From a virus (taxonomy: Duplodnaviria; Heunggongvirae; Uroviricota; Caudoviricetes), in IMG/VR virus record IMGVR_UViG_3300046003_006038, positions 1-64,000 of that record: DNA of 64,000 nt. One strand, written 5' to 3'. Shown piece by piece: positions 60,581 through 64,000 of the stretch. A program made the translations under genes and the position numbers. The notes under the pieces are model-generated. The model did no database searches. It was not told the origin of the DNA and was given only the letters and a program-made list of their open reading frames with translations. How positions within the stretch are numbered: the first letter of the stretch is position 1; every line of letters begins with the position of its first letter.

Positions 60581-61181
60581 AGATTTTTTTAATTTTATTA
60601 ACCCAGTGTTGAAGGGCTGCGTTGGTTATGTTTTTTAGTACACAAATTTCTTTCCTACTATATAACTTTAATAGTTCTTTGTATTCTTCAAGTTGACAGT
60701 TAGCTTCATGCCACCTTACGTTAAGGTCTCTTGCGGTCATTTCCCCGCACCTGCTGCACTGCACTTTAGTTTTTTCCCATTTTTTTCCAGAATTCCAATT
60801 TGGCTTACCTGTTCTTGCATTATTCTTTACTATTTTATCAATAGTTTCTTGTCGTAACTTTTTTCCTTTTTGACCAAAAGCTGCTGCTTCTCTAGCTTCT
60901 TGAAAACCTCTTGAAGAAGTTACCCTTTTTTGACCTCTTCCTACCCGTAACATAGCGTTAAATGCTAAGGCAGTTTGCCTGTCTCTATACATTCTCCATA
61001 AAAGCCAGTGAGCTAGAAAATGCTCTCTTGCTGTCAAGATTATTAGATTTTCTTTATCACCAGTTCCTCCTTTGCATCTAGGTATTATATGATGTATTTC
61101 ATAATAGTTACTGTCTTGCTTTGATCTAGATAGTAATTTTCTTGTTTCGATTAACCTATCGTAATGCCATTTATAATCCAT
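60558..61181 (-). CDS. HNH homing endonuclease
   Basis: YYEIHHIIPRCKGGTGDKENLIILTAREHFLAH (HNH motif). Confidence 0.75.
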   Translation of the reverse strand: MDYKWHYDRLIETRKLLSRSKQDSNYYEIHHIIPRCKGGTGDKENLIILTAREHFLAHWLLWRMYRDRQTALAFNAMLRVGRGQKRVTSSRGFQEAREAAAFGQKGKKLRQETIDKIVKNNARTGKPNWNSGKKWEKTKVQCSRCGEMTARDLNVRWHEANCQLEEYKELLKLYSRKEICVLKNITNAALQHWVNKIKKIYGDTYSP

Positions 61182-61227
61182 CTCTTTTTATTATAAATAG
61201 TTTACTTTAACCTATACATGAGCTATC

Positions 61228-61428
61228 TTAATCATTTTCTTGGTTTAAATTACTTATATCCTGAAATATACCTTCTATTTGTGAAGAAATACTCTCTACA
61301 CTGTCTTCTAGTTGTTTGTTTACAGACATTTCTAAAGCCTTATACGCTACTGTCAACGGTACTACCTCTGTCTGCAAAGTGTCGAAGTATATTTTATTCT
61401 TTTCTAAAAGATCAACTGCTTCTTGCAT
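61228..61428 (-). CDS. hypothetical small protein
   Basis: ORF in track. Confidence 0.45.
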   Translation of the reverse strand: MQEAVDLLEKNKIYFDTLQTEVVPLTVAYKALEMSVNKQLEDSVESISSQIEGIFQDISNLNQEND

Positions 61429-61429
61429 A

Positions 61430-61954
61430 CTACTCTCCTGTTATTTGTTTTAAATAAGACTTCTGAAGTTCTTTATCTGTGAATAATTGTCTTAAGTCAG
61501 GTTTGAAATAATTAACATTCTTCATTACTTTTCTATCTCTTGTTCTATAAACGACGTAATAGTCCCCAACTTTTTCGTAATGACACTCCTCACCTTGCTC
61601 ACTCGATCTTTGAATGACAGTTGCTTTAGCGTCTTCTTCAGTTTGGCAAGCTTTCGATAAATTTGATGCTTGAACTTCTTGATATGCTGGCCATATCTTA
61701 TCCTTAAGGCCATGTAACATAGTACCGTTCCCAGTGGCAACATAAGTAATATCGCACAAAGCATCCAGAACCTCAACGATGTCTCCTCTTTCGCAAGCTT
61801 CTCTATATTCTTCAAGTTCTTCAAGGATGAAATCGTATACGAACTCCCACTCTTTTCTCTCTGGTACTGTTGGTTCATAGTTATTAGGTTTGCCCATTAC
61901 GGCATTAAATTCTTCTACCTCGTCAATAAAGGGTACTTTTGGATCTGTTATCAT
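61430..61954 (-). CDS. MazG-like all-alpha NTP pyrophosphohydrolase (putative)
   Basis: ILEELEEYREACERGDIVEVLDALCDITYV resembles the EExxE...E..D metal-binding helices. Confidence 0.4.
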   Translation of the reverse strand: MITDPKVPFIDEVEEFNAVMGKPNNYEPTVPERKEWEFVYDFILEELEEYREACERGDIVEVLDALCDITYVATGNGTMLHGLKDKIWPAYQEVQASNLSKACQTEEDAKATVIQRSSEQGEECHYEKVGDYYVVYRTRDRKVMKNVNYFKPDLRQLFTDKELQKSYLKQITGE

Positions 61955-61959
61955 AACTT

Positions 61960-62010
61960 TACTTTTTATTTAATATAGGAAATTGCCTCCGAAGAGGCAA
62001 CTTTTTTTAT
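61960..62010 (-). promoter_or_regulatory. terminator-promoter unit (GCCUC-UUCG-GAGGC)
   Basis: taggaaattgcctccgaagaggcaacttttttt. Confidence 0.5.
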
Positions 62011-62207
62011 TCTTCAATTACTTTTAGAATTTTAGATTGATTAACTCCTACTACTGAAAAGTTAGACTCTCCGTCGAATTCTTTATAGATTTTTGCTTCT
62101 GCTTCTGTAGCTGAAACTGCATCTACTAGATATAATTCTTTTACTCTTTGGATACGACCTCTGTCGTTTTCGTGCTCCAATTGCACGGTTACTTGCCAAT
62201 AATTCAT
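62007..62207 (-). CDS. hypothetical small protein
   Basis: ORF in track. Confidence 0.5.
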   Translation of the reverse strand: MNYWQVTVQLEHENDRGRIQRVKELYLVDAVSATEAEAKIYKEFDGESNFSVVGVNQSKILKVIEE

Positions 62208-62218
62208 AGTGTTTAATT

Positions 62219-62926
62219 TTAGTTTTTATAACCTTTTGTGAACTGATAGAACTCTGCTCTTGCTGAATCTTCATCTAAGAAACATCCAGTTAACTTTGCA
62301 GTCTTCATTGAAGCTCCTTCATGCTTTACTCCTCTACAGCTTACACAATTGTGACCTGCTTCAATCATAACTGCTACTCCTAGATTACCTTCACAGATCT
62401 TATCTACTGCATTATGAATTGCAACTGTTAATTGTTCTTGGATTGCTCCTCTACGGGCAAACTGCTCTACAATTCTATTTAGTTTTGAAAGCCCTACTAC
62501 CTTTCCATCTGGTGAAGGAACATATCCAATGTGAACTTTTCCTGTAATAGTCTGGTGGTGGTGAGAGCACATTGAGGTAAGAGGAATATTTCCTTCGAAT
62601 ACAATTCCATCATAACCATCTGAAGGGAATGCTGTAACTCTTGTTAATGGTTCAAATCGTCCGGCCCATAAATCGTTTACATAAGCCTTTGCAACTCTTT
62701 TAGGAGTATCAGAAGAGTTCGGATCATTACTCCAATCGCATCCTAAAGCTGAAAGGAATTCACCAAATGCTACTGCTGCTTTGTCGATAATATCCTGCTT
62801 TTCTTCTTGAGTTAACCTTGCTTCTGGTCCTTCTATTAATTGCTTTTTAGCCAATTGAGAGGAGATACCATTTGCGAATCCGGCTTGTACTAGTTCTGTA
62901 CCGTCGATAAATTTTTTACTTGACAT
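62219..62926 (-). CDS. folE: GTP cyclohydrolase I (FolE)
   Basis: DTPKRVAKAY, MCSHHH, QEQLT, HNCVSCRGV - collinear with E. coli FolE signature blocks. Confidence 0.85.
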   Translation of the reverse strand: MSSKKFIDGTELVQAGFANGISSQLAKKQLIEGPEARLTQEEKQDIIDKAAVAFGEFLSALGCDWSNDPNSSDTPKRVAKAYVNDLWAGRFEPLTRVTAFPSDGYDGIVFEGNIPLTSMCSHHHQTITGKVHIGYVPSPDGKVVGLSKLNRIVEQFARRGAIQEQLTVAIHNAVDKICEGNLGVAVMIEAGHNCVSCRGVKHEGASMKTAKLTGCFLDEDSARAEFYQFTKGYKN

Positions 62927-62997
62927 ATAAGATTGTTTTTATGGAGGTTCTACGACTCCGTTTCTATTAATATAACACTTTTTATTTTACTATACAA

Positions 62998-63393
62998 CTA
63001 CTTTTTTAAATAATCCTGTATACTTTCACTATCACTTCTCTCCCAAGGATAAACAATCCACTCTGTTCCTGTTTCCTTTGCATAAAAGTCAGGAGTAAAT
63101 GATGCTGTAGGTTTGTAGTGAAGTGTTGCTGTAAATCCTCCTACTGCTCTTTTTAGTGTTTCTCCTGTGTCGCAAATGTCATCCACTACCAAAGTATCCT
63201 TATTTGTTTTACTTACGTAAGGTATGTTTAATTTATGTGAGATCATTACTGCTGGTATCAGTCCTCCTCTTTGTATTCCTGTAATAGATTTGATCTGTGC
63301 GCCTGATTGCTTTATTGTATTGCATAGGTCTTCAACTAAAATGTTAATATCATCCCAGCTTAAATAAACCTTGTTTCCTACTTTTAGTGCCAT
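62998..63393 (-). CDS. type I phosphoribosyltransferase (small Gpt/Hpt-like PRTase)
   Basis: PRPP-binding motif LVVDDICDTGETL; 131 aa. Confidence 0.65.
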   Translation of the reverse strand: MALKVGNKVYLSWDDINILVEDLCNTIKQSGAQIKSITGIQRGGLIPAVMISHKLNIPYVSKTNKDTLVVDDICDTGETLKRAVGGFTATLHYKPTASFTPDFYAKETGTEWIVYPWERSDSESIQDYLKK

Positions 63394-63674
63394 TATATTC
63401 TCGCTACTGTTATACCTTCTGCTCCTACAATTTTCATCTGCGAAATCATATCATCTGTTGGTTGTTGTGGATCTGTTTCCTCCAACACGTAGTTGATAAG
63501 TTCATCTATTGATACCTTGTCTTTGAATCCTGTCTTACCTGAGTCGCTTACTATTAATTCTAAATCTCCCTCTTTGGTTAATTTATAGTCCCAAATATAA
63601 AGCCCATCTGCTTTTGGGTAACTTTTTGAAAGCTCTCTGTCTCCTGCTAAATCTATTAAATCTTTTAATGTCAT
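63393..63674 (-). CDS. hypothetical protein
   Basis: ORF in track; ATGA overlap. Confidence 0.55.
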   Translation of the reverse strand: MTLKDLIDLAGDRELSKSYPKADGLYIWDYKLTKEGDLELIVSDSGKTGFKDKVSIDELINYVLEETDPQQPTDDMISQMKIVGAEGITVARI

Positions 63675-63689
63675 AACTGTGTTTTTTAT

Positions 63690-63881
63690 TTACTTAATTG
63701 AATACTTGGTTTTACCGTCTGGTGATTGTGCTGCTATTTCTCCGTTTGCTAGAACTGTCAGTTGTAGGAAGTAGGTTGTTAGTAGTAGGTGCTTTACTTG
63801 TGCTGCTTCTATCTGTCCTTTCTTCCATAATGTATGAAGTACTGTCAATGTTTCAAACTGTGTTGCGTTTCTTACTGCCAT
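63690..63881 (-). CDS. hypothetical small protein
   Basis: ORF in track. Confidence 0.45.
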   Translation of the reverse strand: MAVRNATQFETLTVLHTLWKKGQIEAAQVKHLLLTTYFLQLTVLANGEIAAQSPDGKTKYSIK

Positions 63882-63888
63882 TTTACTT

Positions 63889-64000
63889 TTACTTTACTAC
63901 CATTCTAACCATACATGCTCTACTTGCCTCAGGCATATATTCATCTGGGGTTGATAAGACTTTCTCAAGTTTATCACGAAGAGATTGTTTCATCATTTCG
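63889..64000 (-). CDS. hypothetical protein, partial (C-terminal 37 aa; start beyond window end)
   Basis: Minus strand open from the window end to TAA ~63889 (...EMMKQSLRDKLEKVLSTPDEYMPEASRACMVRMVVK). Confidence 0.4.
   Translation of the reverse strand, partial: EMMKQSLRDKLEKVLSTPDEYMPEASRACMVRMVVK

Noticed and set aside
47-61457. About 45 plus-strand ORFs of 60-150 aa in the track. Examples: 47..229, 205..609, 661..909, 10147..10410, 10502..10768, 13500..13733, 13537..13755, 15085..15279, 16752..17000, 18150..18389, 20748..20954, 21125..21352, 24616..24834, 25184..25516, 35735..35920, 37330..37569, 40461..40770, 40877..41125, 41699..42109, 43543..43815, 44868..45077, 45961..46155, 47887..48072, 48329..48784, 49361..49643, 49682..49864, 50073..50475, 50869..51309, 51849..52175, 52249..52464, 52608..52925, 54364..54642, 57378..57575, 58088..58372, 58694..58951, 59146..59334, 59585..59839, 60273..60458, 61218..61457.
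   Set aside because: All lie antisense inside well-supported minus-strand genes or promoter regions. They have low-complexity Leu/Ser/Phe-rich translations typical of shadow ORFs in AT-rich DNA, and no family promoter precedes them.

Overview
The window is an AT-rich, densely packed segment of a large lytic dsDNA phage genome. About 120 genes are on the minus strand; the only plus-strand features I accept are one small KTSC-domain gene and one candidate small RNA. Nearly every early gene is preceded by the same ~45-50 bp intergenic element, AGTTGC-N19/20-TATATTTAGGTATCAATAATTAAAAC. This matches the Bacteroidetes sigma-A promoter architecture (-33 TTG / -7 TAnnTTTG), so the host is probably a Flavobacteriia-type bacterium; this is an inference. 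From the high-coordinate end in the direction of transcription the modules are: (1) 64.0-56.3 kb, a 7-deazaguanine DNA-modification locus (GTP cyclohydrolase I, QueF-like preQ0 reductase, PurN-like formyltransferase, putative DpdA-like transglycosylase, PRTase, P-loop kinase, MazG-like NTP-PPase) interrupted by GIY-YIG and HNH homing endonucleases. (2) A family-A DNA polymerase and GroES/GroEL. (3) Small membrane proteins and a lysis cassette (GH19 endolysin, holin-like and spanin-like genes), plus a Cas4-like Fe-S nuclease. (4) 44.0-24.8 kb, a ~19 kb polysaccharide/nucleotide-sugar locus. It encodes GDP-mannose 4,6-dehydratase, a ColD/E1-family 3-dehydratase and an Fcl/ColC-like synthase (a colitose/fucose-type 6-deoxy and 3,6-dideoxyhexose pathway), an RfbB-like dehydratase, two SDR epimerases, a split TPP-dependent enzyme, a GT11 alpha-1,2-fucosyl/colitosyltransferase, a GT2-GT10 fusion, and further GT2/GT4 transferases. 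This is the most unusual system in the window. (5) 24.8-13.5 kb, accessory genes: a TraR/DksA-like zinc finger with a polyacidic tail, an HNH-like protein, an alpha/beta hydrolase, a DUF932 protein, an SPFH/band-7 lipoprotein and a run of small TM proteins. (6) 13.5-12.3 kb, a GC-richer non-coding region with ACGGGT iterons flanking an AT/pyrimidine-rich core (candidate ori or pac region), and an adjacent promoter-to-terminator unit on the plus strand predicted to give a ~145 nt non-coding RNA. (7) 12.2-6.7 kb, about 15 small early genes each with its own promoter, and a tRNA-Leu-like gene with a non-canonical anticodon region. (8) 6.2-0 kb, a T5orf172 protein, a lipoprotein, an HD-domain hydrolase, a T4 gp55-like late sigma factor and structural genes. 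A ~45 nt GC-rich structured element occurs twice (14.4 kb and 50.0 kb) with no obvious function. Coordinates of hand-derived features (tRNA, small ORFs, promoters, terminators, elements) are accurate to a few nucleotides. ORF starts reported as M in the track are sometimes TTG, and I corrected them where an ATG and promoter made that clear.
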